63,959 nt of DNA, filler included, from Vicugna vicugna (GCA_013265495.1; 74 parts of 74 records of this genome joined end to end with filler, not necessarily neighbours in it); one strand, 5' to 3'; positions 1 to 12,615 are shown, counted from the first letter of the whole stretch. Made by a program: numbers and translations. Notes: generated by a model not told the origin, from the letters alone.

Positions 1-1588
1 GGTTCCGGAATCCTGAGCGTGGGGAGGTTCCACCAACGTTCGGCTACGCGTGGGTTCTAACGGAATCCCTATGCTCGTATCCCCTGAGTGTTTTCCTAAT
101 GTCTCTGTGCCATTGAATGCATGGGGGGTTTGCAGGATTTTGCAGAGACAGAGGCTGCCTCCACAAGGTCAGGGAATGTATTTCTCGGACTTCCCCGAAC
201 AGGGAACACCTGTGACTGAAGAGAGTTGTGTGGAGTTGTCTCTCGAACTCCTCCACGCTCTGACAAATGTTCCGGAATCCTGAGCGTGGGGAGGTTCCAC
301 CAACGGTCGGCAGCGCGTGGGTTTTAACGGAATGCCTAAGCTCGTCTCCCCTGAGGGTNNNNNNNNNNNNNNNNNNNNNNNNNNNNNNNNNNNNNNNNNN
401 NNNNNNNNNNNNNNNNNNNNNNNNNNNNNNNNNNNNNNNNNNNNNNNNNNNNNNNNNNNNNNNNNNNNNNNNNNNNNNNNNNNNNNNNNNNNNNNNNNNN
501 NNNNNNNNNNNNNNNNNNNNNNNNNNNNNNNNNNNNNNNNNNNNNNNNNNNNNNNTCCACCAACGGTCGGCAGCGCGTGGGTTCTAACGGAATGCCTAAA
601 CTCGAATCCCCTGAGGGTTTTCCTAATGTCTCTGTGCCAGGGAATGCTAGGGGTTTTTGCAGGATATCCCAGTGACAGAGGCTGCCTCCCCAAGTTCAGG
701 GAAGTTATTTCTCGGACTTCCCCAAACGGGGAACACCTGTAAATGAAGACAGCTGGGTGGAGTTGTCTTTCGAGCTCCCCCAAGCACTGACAATGGTTCC
801 TGAATCCTGAGCGTGGGGAGGTTCCACCAACGGTCGGCAGCGCGTGGGTTCTAACGGAATGCCTAAGCTCGTCTCCCCANNNNNNNNNNNNNNNNNNNNN
901 NNNNNNNNNNNNNNNNNNNNNNNNNNNNNNNNNNNNNNNNNNNNNNNNNNNNNNNNNNNNNNNNNNNNNNNNNNNNNNNNNNNNNNNNNNNNNNNNNNNN
1001 NNNNNNNNNNNNNNNNNNNNNNNNNNNNNNNNNNNNNNNNNNNNNNNNNNNNNNNNNNNNNNNNNNNNNNNNNNNNNNNNNNNNNNNNNNNNNNNNNNNN
1101 NNNNNNNNNNNNNNNNNNNNNNNNNNNNNNNNNNNNNNNNNNNNNNNNNNNNNNNNNNNNNNNNNNNNNNNNNNNNNNNNNNNNNNNNNNNNNNNNNNNN
1201 NNNNNNNNNNNNNNNNNNNNNNNNNNNNNNNNNNNNNNNNNNNNNNNNNNNNNNNNNNNNNNNNNNNNNNNNNNNNNNNNNNNNNNNNNNNNNNNNNNNN
1301 NNNNNNNNNNNNNNNNNNNNNNNNNNNNNNNNNNNNNNNNNNNNNNNNNNNNNNNNNNNNNNNNNNNNNNNNNNGCGCGTGGGTCGGAATGCCTATGCTC
1401 GTCTCCCCTGAGTCTTTTCCTAGTGGCTCTGTGCCAGGAAATGCTACGGGAGTTTGCAGGATATCCAAGTGACAGAGGCTGCCTCCCCAAGGTCAGGAAA
1501 TATATTTCTCGGACTTCTCCGAACCGGGAACACCTGTGACTTAAGAGAGCTGCGTGAATTAGTCTCTCAAGCTCCCCTACGCACTGAA
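1..1588 (+). repeat. Satellite A, 267-bp GC-rich monomer (with N gaps)
   Basis: TCCTGAGCGTGGGGAGGTTCCACCAACG occurs at 11 and 278 (period 267) and again at 805. Confidence 0.96.
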
Positions 1589-1688
1589 NNNNNNNNNNNN
1601 NNNNNNNNNNNNNNNNNNNNNNNNNNNNNNNNTTAATTAATTAANNNNNNNNNNNNNNNNNNNNNNNNNNNNNNNNNNNNNNNNNNNN
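1589..1688. other. Artificial scaffold-joining spacer N44-TTAATTAATTAA-N44 (first of about 73 copies in the window)
   Basis: The same 100-bp structure recurs between unrelated fragments. The 12-mer at 1633-1644 is palindromic and places TAA stops in all six frames. Confidence 0.98.
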
Positions 1689-2685
1689 TCTCCCCTGAGT
1701 GTTTTCCTAATGCCTCTGTGCCAGGGAATGCTACTGGTGATTGCAAGATATCCCAGTGTCAGAGGCAGCCTCCCCAAGGTCAGGAAATTTATTTCTCGGG
1801 CTTCCCCGAACAGGGAACACATGTGACTGAAGAGAGCTGCGTGGAGTTGTCTCTCGTGATCCTCCACGCACTGACAATGTTTCCNNNNNNNNNNNNNNNN
1901 NNNNNNNNNNNNNNNNNNNNNNNNNNNNNNNNNNNNNNNNNNNNNNNNNNNNNNNNNNNNNNNNNNNNNNNNNNNNNNNNNNNNNNNNNNNNNNNNNNNN
2001 NNNNNNNNNNNNNNNNNNNNNNNNNNNNNNNNNNNNNNNNNNNNNNNNNNNNNNNNNNNNNNNNNNNNNNNNNNNNNNNNNNNNNNNNNNNNNNNNNNNN
2101 NNNNNNNNNNNNNNNNNNNNNNNNNNNNNNNNNNNNNNNNNNNNNNNNNNNNNNNNNNNNNNNNNNNNNNNNNNNNNNNNNNNNNNNNNNNNNNNNNNNG
2201 CCTAAGCTCGTCTCCCCTGAGGGTTTTCCTAATGTCTCTGTGCCAGGGAATGATAGGGGTGATTGCAGTATATCCCAGTGATCGAGTCTGCCTCCCCAAG
2301 TTCAGGGAAGGTATTTCTCGGACTTCCCCGATTAGGGAAAACCTGTGAGTGAAGAGAACTGCGTGCAGTTGTCTGTCAAGCTCCTCCACGCCCTGACAAT
2401 GGTTCCAGAATTCTGAGAGTTGGGAGGATCCACCAACGGTCGCCAGCGCGTGGGTACATACGGAATGCCTAAGCTCATCTCCCCTGAGTGTTTTCCTAAT
2501 GTCTCTGTGCCAGGGAATGCTAGGGGTGATTGTAGTATATCCCAGTGTCCGAGGCTGCCTCCCAAGTTCAGGGAAGTTATTTCTCGGACTTCGTCGAACA
2601 GGGAACACCTGTGACAGAAGAGCTGCGTGGACTCCCGAGGTCCCCCACACACTGACAATTGCTCCGGAATCCTGAGCGTGGGGAG
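1689..2685 (+). repeat. Satellite A
   Basis: Same monomer motifs (CCCCTGAG..TTTTCCTAATGTCTCTGTGCCAGGGAATG) repeated in tandem. Confidence 0.95.
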
Positions 2686-2785
2686 NNNNNNNNNNNNNNN
2701 NNNNNNNNNNNNNNNNNNNNNNNNNNNNNTTAATTAATTAANNNNNNNNNNNNNNNNNNNNNNNNNNNNNNNNNNNNNNNNNNNN

Positions 2786-3341
2786 TCCCCTGAGGATTTT
2801 CCTAATGTCACTGTGCCAGGGAATGCTAGTTGTGATTGCAGGTATCCCAGTGACCGAGGCTGCCTCCCCGAGTTCAGGGAAGCTAATTCTCGGACTTCCC
2901 CAAACAGGAAACCACTGTGACTGAAGAGAGCTGCGTGGAGTTGTCTCTCGAGCTCCCCAACGCACTGACAATGGTTCCGGAATCCTGAGCGTGGGGAGGT
3001 TCCACCAACGGTCGGAAANNNNNNNNNNNNNNNNNNNNNNNNNNNNNNNNNNNNNNNNNNNNNNNNNNNNNNNNNNNNNNNNNNNNNNNNNNNNNNNNNN
3101 NNNNNNNNNNNNNNNNNNNNNNNNNNNNNNNNNNNNNNNNNNNNNNNNNNACGGACTTCCCCGAACAGGAAACACCTGTGACTGAATAGAGCTGCGTGGA
3201 GTTGTCTCTCGAACTCCCCCACGCACTGACAATGGTTCCGGAATCCTGAGCGTGGGGAGGTTCCACCAACGGTCAGCAGCGCGTGGGTTCTAAATAAATG
3301 ACTAAGCTCGTCTCCGCTGAGGGTTTTCCTAATGTCTCTGT
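2786..3341 (+). repeat. Satellite A
   Basis: Same monomer motifs. Confidence 0.95.
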
Positions 3342-4103
3342 NNNNNNNNNNNNNNNNNNNNNNNNNNNNNNNNNNNNNNNNNNNNTTAATTAATTAANNN
3401 NNNNNNNNNNNNNNNNNNNNNNNNNNNNNNNNNNNNNNNNNGAGCGGCCCCTGTGTTGGCTGGGCTAAGAGTTTGGGGTATAGGGTTGGGGTGGTATGTG
3501 CCTTGCTCTGTGGTCTCCCCAAGAACCCTCACTCCAGAGCAAGGGGCTCTGCTCCCCCCACACGTCACTGCACTCCCTGCCTTCCACAGCATCACCTGGG
3601 GTGTGGTCATGTCAGGGCAGGGAAGGCCCAGGGAAGGGGCTCAATCAGGGGGAGGGGCCACTCTGTAGGGATGCTGGACCTGACAGCGATGCGGTGCTTC
3701 GGAACTCCCCTGGGATGGGTTTCTAACCAGTGGAATGGAAGGGCCTCTCCTTCCTGGGGTGCAGTTGGGGAAGCTAGATCCATCATGTATGTCAGCCCTG
3801 AAAATGGAGGCTGCACTACATCCATTCCTGGAACGAAAAATCAGGCCCCTCCGGCCAAGGTGACTCAGAAAGTCATTCAGCAATGTTCGGGGTCCCCAGT
3901 TTAGGCTTTCAATTAGAGCTGAACGGCTCAGGAGAACCCTGTCTGTGGCTCCAGGAGTAGGCTTTCTGCTGGGGGACAGTATCCTCACAAACACCTGTGT
4001 CTTNNNNNNNNNNNNNNNNNNNNNNNNNNNNNNNNNNNNNNNNNNNNTTAATTAATTAANNNNNNNNNNNNNNNNNNNNNNNNNNNNNNNNNNNNNNNNN
4101 NNN

Positions 4104-5010
4104 ATCCCAGCTGCTATTGTCAGTTGCAGGAGCCTCCCCACACTCAGATACCAGAAAACTTCGTGTGTGTGCTGGATGTAGGGAAAGAGTCAAAGCATTT
4201 TTTATGGGGCACATTTATTCCATGGTTGTGGTTGTAGGATAAAAACCCACATCCCATGGATAGGCTCTCGCTTATACTTGGTTTAGAGACCAACCCCCTC
4301 TTTCCCACTCTCTCCAGCCTAGGCATGCCATCAGGGAAGACAAGCTAAGGGATTCTATTAGATCCCAGGCGCTGCTGTCATTTCGAGGAGCCTCCCCACA
4401 ATCAGGATACCTGAGCACGTCTCCGTGTGTGTGCTGGNNNNNNNNNNNNNNNNNNNNNNNNNNNNNNNNNNNNNNNNNNNNNNNNNNNNNNNNNNNNNNN
4501 NNNNNNNNNNNNNNNNNNNNNNNNNNNNNNNNNNNNNNNNNNNNNNNNNNNNNNNNNNNNNNNNNNNNNNNNNNNNNNNNNNNNNNNNNNNNNNNNNNNN
4601 NNNNNNNNNNNNNNNNNNNNNNNNNNNNNNNNNNNNNNNNNNNNNNNNNNNNNNNNNNNNNNNNNNNNNNNNNNNNNNNNNNNNNNNNNNNNNNNNNNNN
4701 NNNNNNNNNNNNNNNNNNNNNNNNNNNNNNNNNNNNNNNNNNNNNNNNNNNNNNNNNNNNNNNNNNNNNNNNNNNNNNNNNNNNNNNNNNNNNNNNNNNA
4801 GAGCCAAATCCCAAATTTTCCCCGCACACCGGCCTTTTCAATCCATCATGGAAGGCAAGTTAAGGTATTGTATTAGTACCCAGGCTCTGCTGTTATTGGG
4901 AAGAACCTCCCCACACTCAAGACATCTGAACAAAATGCCGTGTGTGTGCTGGAGTAGGGAAACATAGTCCACGCATATTTCTGGGGGCACAGGTGTTCCC
5001 AGGTTGGGGA
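4104..5010 (-). repeat. Satellite B (diverged ~258-270-bp monomers related to A)
   Basis: CCTCCCCACA.TCAG at 4133 and 4391. Colinear with the reverse complement of A. Confidence 0.9.
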
Positions 5011-5618
5011 NNNNNNNNNNNNNNNNNNNNNNNNNNNNNNNNNNNNNNNNNNNNTTAATTAATTAANNNNNNNNNNNNNNNNNNNNNNNNNNNNNNNNNN
5101 NNNNNNNNNNATAATCACACATTTCCAATGAAGGAGAAGATGGAATATATCATCTAGGTTTACAAGTAAAAACATAAAGAAAGAAAACAAAAATATATAC
5201 AAAAGAAAAAAAAAANNNNNNNNNNNNNNNNNNNNNNNNNNNNNNNNNNNNNNNNNNNNNNNNNNNNNNNNNNNNNNNNNNNNNNNNNNNNNNNNNNNNN
5301 NNNNNNNNNNNNNNNNNNNNNNNNNNNNNNNNNNNNAGAGCACAGATAACCCTATATTGAAGTTTAAAAATACTATTTCTGAACAGAAGGCTGATATAAA
5401 TTTAGTAGTGTTATTTTTTTAAGCACACATATGTCTAGGTTTTGTTTTGTTTCATTTTGTTTGTTTTTGTTTCATTATAAGCTACATCTGAGTAGGTTTA
5501 AGAAAATAACCTTAAAAGGAAGCCTTTAAACAGTCAAATTCCAGGTATATGTCTCATCAAAATTAAAGTATTATACTCCCAGAGAATTTTGATGAAGTCA
5601 CCGTCATATTAAAAAAAT

Positions 5619-5653
5619 AATTTATTGAAGTATAATTGATTTACAATGTTAGT
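5619..5653 (-). mobile_element. Extreme 3' end of an L1 (truncated by scaffold end)
   Basis: TTTATTGAAGTATAATTGATTTACAATGTTAGT is the typical antisense L1 3' terminus. Confidence 0.6.
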
Positions 5654-5753
5654 NNNNNNNNNNNNNNNNNNNNNNNNNNNNNNNNNNNNNNNNNNNNTTA
5701 ATTAATTAANNNNNNNNNNNNNNNNNNNNNNNNNNNNNNNNNNNNNNNNNNNN

Positions 5754-6513
5754 ATTCCACAGCTCAACAATAAAAAGGCAACTTAATTAAAAAATGAATA
5801 AAGGATCTGAAAACATATTTTTTAAGGAAAATAAACAAATGGCCAATAAGCACAATGAAACAATGTTCAATAACACTAGCTCTAAAGGAAATCAAGTCAA
5901 AACCACTAGGAGAAACCGCTTCACACTCACTACAATAGGTTATAATCAGAAAAAGAGTAACAAGNNNNNNNNNNNNNNNNNNNNNNNNNNNNNNNNNNNN
6001 NNNNNNNNNNNNNNNNNNNNNNNNNNNNNNNNNNNNNNNNNNNNNNNNNNNNNNNNNNNNNNNNNNNNNNNNNNNNNNNNNNNNNNNNNNNNNNNNNNNN
6101 NNNNNNNNNNNNNNNNNNNNNNNNNNNNNNNNNNNNNNNNNNNNNNNNNNNNNNNNNNNNNNNNNNNNNNNNNNNNNNNNNNNNNNNNNNNNNNNNNNNN
6201 NNNNNNNNNNNNNNNNNNNNNNNNNNNNNNNNNNNNNNNNNNNNNNNNNNNNNNNNNNNNNNNNNNNNNNNNNNNNNNNNNNNNNNNNNNNNNNNNNNNN
6301 NNNNNNNNNNNNNNNNNNNNNNNNNNNNNNNNNNNNNNNNNNNNNNNNNNNNNNNNNNNNNNNNNNNNNNNNNNNNNNNNNNNNNNNNNNNNNNNNNNNN
6401 NNNNNNNNNNNNNNNNNNNNNNNNNNAGAGAGAGAAGCTCCTTGGGGCTGGGGGATGGGGAAGTTGGTAATGTCTGTTTATGCATACGGGGTTTCCTGTT
6501 GGGGGGATGAAAA
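5754..6513 (+). mobile_element. Old L1 fragment: ORF2 C-terminus and 3' UTR (gap inside)
   Basis: The translation ENKQMANKH...QVKTTRRNRFTLT resembles L1 ORF2 EDIQMANKHMK...QIKTTMRYHLTP. 6427-6513 has the GGGGTTTCCTGTTGGGGGGATGAAA motif of L1MB/MC-type 3' UTRs. Confidence 0.85.
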
Positions 6514-8025
6514 NNNNNNNNNNNNNNNNNNNNNNNNNNNNNNNNNNNNNNNNNNNNTTAATTAATTAANNNNNNNNNNNNNNNNNNNNNNNNNNNNNNN
6601 NNNNNNNNNNNNNCAGGCCTATGCTGCAGCACAGTTACATCCCGTGGAAGAAAGCCGAAAAAGGGAGAAATGGAGAGTTTCCCTTCGGAAGCTGCAAAGT
6701 CTGGTTTTGCACCTGTACACCATTTGCAACCACGTCATCATCAAAGGAGTTAGACGTTACCTCTCTGGGGCGAAAATCACTGCGTGCTTCAGAACCATCG
6801 AAGAATGCTGAGCACTGTGAAACAGTCCAGAGGCGCTTAAATCATACTTTTTCTGAAAGGCTCCAAAACTGACCCACTTCACCATTCCAGGTATAACAGG
6901 GAAGTACTGGAAACAGTAGAGAGAACATGCCCTTGAATTCTGACAAGGATTGAATTCTGACAAGGCCCTCCTTGTATCCTGCTACAGCATTTACTAGCCG
7001 CTAAATGGACCAATTCCTTAACCCCTCTGAGAAGGCTTCCCAATCTGCAAAAGGGGGCTGCCAGCGCCCACCTGGGAGTCATGGATGTGAATGCAACACA
7101 AAAGTAGGGCGGCTGACTGGTACCTGACACGGGGCCTGGCTAGTTTNNNNNNNNNNNNNNNNNNNNNNNNNNNNNNNNNNNNNNNNNNNNTTAATTAATT
7201 AANNNNNNNNNNNNNNNNNNNNNNNNNNNNNNNNNNNNNNNNNNNNTTCATCACCCACCCATCCCAAAAAATCTGATTCTCTTCCCCATACTAATAACTA
7301 TACTGCATTCTAATTAATTTACTTCATAGAATCAGAGCTTTTTCCAGAAGAGACACTGCCATTGCAAACATTTAATGTAGGTTTATATACCCCACATAAC
7401 TTGTGCCCCTTCTAACCTTCAAACAGGAAATTTCTAAGATGTATTATTCCCTTGGATGGGGTGGTGGTATTCAGTAATCAAATTGCAATCTAAAATGTGT
7501 GTACTAGAAAAAGGTGAGGGTGATAGAATTAAAAATTTGTCCAAGTACAAGAATATCAAATTTCTGCAGATATTAAGAAATATAAAATATTCATGGAAAT
7601 CTTTGACTATTTCCCATTAATTTAAAATAAAAGGCGAAACATTTTCAGAATGTGAAATGCCCTGAATTGCTGGAAAATTGTAGGCTAGGTCAGGGACCCT
7701 AAGGCTTCTGCTTACAATGATGCAGCCAGTGTCAGCTGATAAGTCTGGAATGGCAGAATAGAGTACTGAAAATTTGTCACCTGTTGTGAAGAAAGCCTTT
7801 GATATTTTGGAGAATGGGCAAATGGGTCAGGGTTAACTCTAGCAACGTCTCACCAAAATGACCTATACCAAGATAAGAAAAGAGACCACTTGCAGCTGGA
7901 GAACTGTGTCTGGACAGCCGTGGTTNNNNNNNNNNNNNNNNNNNNNNNNNNNNNNNNNNNNNNNNNNNNTTAATTAATTAANNNNNNNNNNNNNNNNNNN
8001 NNNNNNNNNNNNNNNNNNNNNNNNN

Positions 8026-8862
8026 GGTGTTCCACATTAGCGTGAAATCCTCTAAGAACTTCCTCAGTAATTCGGGGGTCACTCGTTGCTACTTGGACTT
8101 CAAATCCAACCCCCACTTTCCCCCACTCTCCAGCCTAGGCAAGCCATCAGGTAAGACAAGCTAAGGGATTCTATTAGAACCCAGGCGCTGCTGTCAGTTG
8201 GAGGAGGCTCCTCACACTCAGGATACCTGAACAAGTCTTTGTGTGTGTGCTGTTGTTGGAGATACAGTGTCCACGCAATTTTATGAGGGCACAGGTGTTC
8301 CCAGGGAGGGAATGTAATTTAAAAACCTTCACTGCCCATAGAGAGGCACTCGCTATTACTTTTTTTTAGAGCCCAAACCCCACCTTCGATCCCATCCCGT
8401 CCTTGGAAAACACTCAGGGAAGGTATCCTAAGGGATCCTATTTGAACCCAGATGCTGCTGTCAGTGGGAGGTGCCTCCCCACACTCAGGATACCAGAACA
8501 ATTCTTCATGTGTGTGCTGGAGGTGGGGAAACAGATTCCACGCATTTTCAAGGAGCACAGGTATTCCCAGGTTGTAGGATTTTGGTGAATAATTTCCGCT
8601 CCCACCCATGGAGAAGCACTCGCTAATACTTGGATTTACAGCCCAACCCCCAATTTCCCCAACGCAACGCCCTTGGCAAGCCATCATTGAAGACAAGTAA
8701 ATGAATTGTTTTAGAACCCAGGCGCTGCTGTTAGTTGGAGGAAACTCCGCACACTCAAATCATCTGAGCCTGATAGCGTGTGTGTGGTGGAGGAGGGAAA
8801 CGGAGTCCACACATCTATATGGGTGCACAGGTGTTCCCAGTTTGGGGATATACTTTAACCAC
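8026..8862 (-). repeat. Satellite B
   Basis: GAACCCAG..GCTGCTGT at 8177, 8444 and 8714 (periods 267 and 270). Neighbouring monomers are clearly diverged. Confidence 0.92.
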
Positions 8863-8962
8863 NNNNNNNNNNNNNNNNNNNNNNNNNNNNNNNNNNNNNN
8901 NNNNNNTTAATTAATTAANNNNNNNNNNNNNNNNNNNNNNNNNNNNNNNNNNNNNNNNNNNN

Positions 8963-9571
8963 TTCTGAGCTGTGAACATGCGCATGACATATGTTTCAAC
9001 CACCAAAAATTTACCGATGCACTGTGAAATATTTACTTAGACTTCGTTGCTTCTTCCTTTCACCAGTTTCAAGAATCACACTTTGATGCCAGAAAAACCC
9101 TCTTGGAGCGAATTCTAACCTAGAGTTATATAATTTGAATAGATTCCATCTAAATGATATTCCATGTTCCGTACATGCTACATGAATGACGGATTCGACA
9201 AACATGCATTCCTGAGTTGAGAGCATGTGGATTACTGATCTTTCATCCTCTATAAAAACAATATTTTCATCTAGACACGTGTACCCATTTNNNNNNNNNN
9301 NNNNNNNNNNNNNNNNNNNNNNNNNNNNNNNNNNNNNNNNNNNNNNNNNNNNNNNNNNNNNNNNNNNNNNNNNNNNNNNNNAACAAACAGATATGTAATT
9401 TACATGAATTCCATCAACATGGCATTCCGGGTTCCGTACATGCTACATGCATGATGAATTCGGCAAACATGGGTTTCTGAAAACTCAGCATGTGGATTAC
9501 TAACCTTTCATCCACCAAACAAGGACTATATACACTTAGAAATATTGACTCTGACTTCATAGATTTTTTCT
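8963..9571 (-). repeat. Satellite C
   Basis: Reverse complement of the 35162-36098 repeat. Confidence 0.9.
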
Positions 9572-9916
9572 NNNNNNNNNNNNNNNNNNNNNNNNNNNNN
9601 NNNNNNNNNNNNNNNTTAATTAATTAANNNNNNNNNNNNNNNNNNNNNNNNNNNNNNNNNNNNNNNNNNNNGGTGCTGCCTTCAGTTTGTCCATCTTAAG
9701 TAACCCCTGGCAGTCAAACGGTGAGTGTGTTGCAACGACGTGAACCATTCGCCATCATCTCAGGGGTGTGTGCTTATCTCAGCTCATCCCGGCTCAGGTG
9801 ATGGCAGAGCAGAGAGTGGTGGCAAGAGGTCAGCCATGAGTTGCAGGGAGCACCTGGAGTCAGCTGGTTCCCAAGTGGCTAGGAGTTGCAGGTGGAATTC
9901 CCAGGACTTCCCACAG

Positions 9917-10030
9917 CTCATTCATTCAGCTAATACTTCTCCAGCACCTGTGATATGTGATGTGCTGGTGCTTCCTTTGTGAACAAAACCAATTCCCTGT
10001 CCTCATGAAGGTGATGTTCTAGTGGACATA
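9917..10030 (-). mobile_element. L2 3'-end remnant
   Basis: CATTCATTCAGC...CAGCACCT...GTGAACAAAAC..TTCCCTGTCCTCATG...TTCTAGTGG matches the L2 tail pattern. Confidence 0.65.
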
Positions 10031-10123
10031 AGAAATGATAAATGCAGAAGCAGATCCAGGTCAGTACACATGAGTGCTTTCTACTTTGGAGTGCACAAGG
10101 TGAGATCCTTTGTGAAGGAATGT

Positions 10124-10522
10124 ATGATACAGGAAAATATGGGGGAGAGGATGGCAGTATTCCAGGTCTGATTTGGGCCCCTGAGATGCACCTCGTGAAG
10201 TGTGGGTCCTTGGTTTGCACAGGAACGAATTCAAGAGAGAGCCACAGTTCAGTAAATGTAGATTTATTCAGAGAGATATATATACTCCACAGACAGAGTG
10301 GGCTATTTCTGAAGGCAAGAGAAAGTCCATGAGGCGTGGGGTTTGGGTGCTCCAGTTTAAAGTAAAAGTAGATACACACTTCACAGACATAGTTTCGGCT
10401 GTCTCCCTTAGCAGAGAGAGCAGCCATGAGGTGTGGGGTTGTTAGTTTTAATGCACTCAGTATCTTCATATGCTTACAAGTGGGAGGAATATTCCAACTG
10501 CTGTGGGGAAGGTATTGGGATT
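10124..10522 (-). mobile_element. ERV LTR fragment (ERV1-like), 3' part
   Basis: Starts TGATACAGG (LTR ...CA end on the minus strand) and contains GAATTCAAGAGAGAGCCACAG followed by TTTATT (minus-strand polyA signal). Related to 23285-23492. Confidence 0.65.
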
Positions 10523-10622
10523 NNNNNNNNNNNNNNNNNNNNNNNNNNNNNNNNNNNNNNNNNNNNTTAATTAATTAANNNNNNNNNNNNNNNNNNNNNN
10601 NNNNNNNNNNNNNNNNNNNNNN

Positions 10623-11473
10623 GAAAGCAGAACTCAGAATTTAGAATATAGAATACAGAATACTGAACATACAATTGAGAATATAGAATGTAGAACACAG
10701 AATTTAGAATATAGAATAAAGAATACTGAATACAGAATTTAGAATATAGAATGTAGAACACAGTATATATAATGTAGAATACGGAATATAGAATCCAGAA
10801 TACAGAACATGCTATGCAGAACACAAAATTTAGAATATAGATTAAATAATACTGAATATAGAACTTACAATATAGAATGTAGAACACAGAATTTATAATA
10901 TAGAATACAGAAACCTGAATATAGTATTTAGAATATAGAATGTAGAACACAGAGTATAGAATATAAAATATAGATTATAGATTCAGAATTTAGAACATAG
11001 AATGCAAAACACAGAATTTAGAATATAGCATACGGAATGCTGAATATAGAATTTACAATATAGAATGTAGAACTCAGAATATTGTATATAGAATACGGAA
11101 TGCAGAATATAGAATACAGAATACAGAATGTAGGAAACAGAATAAAGAATATTGAAAAAAGAATACAGAAAACAGAAATTAGAACATGGAATGCAGAACA
11201 CAGAATGTAGAATATATAATACAGTTTACTGTACATAGAATTTAGAACATAGAATGCAGAACACAGAATTTAGAATATAGAATATAGAATACATAATAAA
11301 CAATTAAAAAAAATAGAATGCAGAAAACAGAATATAAAATATAGCTTAGAGAATATTGAAGCCTGAATTTGGAAAATGGAAAGCAGAACTCAGAATTTAG
11401 AAAATAGAATGCAGAATACTGAACATACCATTTAGAATATAGAATGTAGAACACAGAATTTAGAATATAGAAT
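10623..11473 (+). repeat. Satellite D, AGAATAT-type heptamer array with 63-bp superunit
   Basis: Continuous 7-bp phase. The nine-heptamer block at 10636 recurs at 10699. Confidence 0.95.
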
Positions 11474-11573
11474 NNNNNNNNNNNNNNNNNNNNNNNNNNN
11501 NNNNNNNNNNNNNNNNNTTAATTAATTAANNNNNNNNNNNNNNNNNNNNNNNNNNNNNNNNNNNNNNNNNNNN

Positions 11574-12308
11574 GTACAAGCTGCAACTCGGTTTTACAGT
11601 GCAAACTGCAGGAACTTCGAACCGGCATTAGGAAACAGACTGAGAAACCCGAGTAATTGTTTTTCCATCAAACCGTTCCCTTTGTGTTGGATGAACGAAC
11701 GTCTCTCCACATGCTCAATTCTGAGAGATAAGTGTGTGTGAAAGCAGTCCTTTACCTAGCTTCAAGGGAACACAAAGTTTCTTGTCACTTGCAAACTCCA
11801 CTCCATACATTTATATGTGGAGGTACAAGCTCCAACTCGGTTTTATAGTGCAAACCGCAGGAAATTCAAACCGGCACTAGGAAACAGAAAGAGAAACCAG
11901 AGTAAGTGTTTCTCCTGCAACCCGATCCCTATGTGCTGGATGAACGAACGTCTCTCCACATGATCAGTTCTGAAAAAGTGAGTGTGAAAGCCGTCCTTCA
12001 CATAGCTTGAAGGGAACACAAAGTTTGTTTTCAGTTGCAAATTGCACACAATACATATATATGGGGAGGAACAAGCTGCAACTCGGTTTTACAGTGCAAT
12101 CTGCAGGACCTTCGAACCGGCACTAGGAAACAGACTGATAAACCAGAGTAAGTGTTTCTCCTGCAACCTGTTCCCTTTGTGCTAGATGAACGAACGTCTC
12201 TCCACATGCATAATTCTGAGAGATAAGTGTGTGTGAAAGCAGTCCTTCAACTAGCTTCAAGGAAACACAAAGTTTCTTGTCACTTGCAAAGTCCAATCCA
12301 TACATATA
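11574..12308 (+). repeat. Satellite E, ~246-249-bp monomer
   Basis: G(T/A)ACAAGCT.CAACTCGGTTTTA at 11574, 11823 and 12069. Confidence 0.95.
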
Positions 12309-12615
12309 NNNNNNNNNNNNNNNNNNNNNNNNNNNNNNNNNNNNNNNNNNNNTTAATTAATTAANNNNNNNNNNNNNNNNNNNNNNNNNNNNNNNNNNNN
12401 NNNNNNNNAAAATTAGAAATCACCATAAAGGAGAAACATTTAAACTCAATGAGAATTTCCTTTTGAATGGATTGAAGAAAATTCTATTGATTTTTTTAAT
12501 AAACCAAATTTTGTCCATTAATTATAGATTTACAAGTTCATGGACAAGTCTCCAGAAAAAGAATTAGAGGCCTCTAACCTCTGAATACAAGGAAAGTAAA
12601 GTTAAAAAAAATTAC

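Noticed and set aside
3473..3994. 143-aa and 117-aa ORFs in a GC-rich unique fragment
   Set aside because: No recognisable domain. Overlapping ORFs on both strands are expected at this GC content.
9930..10469. 179-aa ORF
   Set aside because: It runs across an LTR fragment and an L2 remnant, so it is not a gene.
4104..12308. Common origin of all four ~250-270-bp satellites (A/B with C/E)
   Set aside because: Only a short shared pattern (TGTGCTGGA...TCCAC) is visible, too little to claim without a profile alignment.
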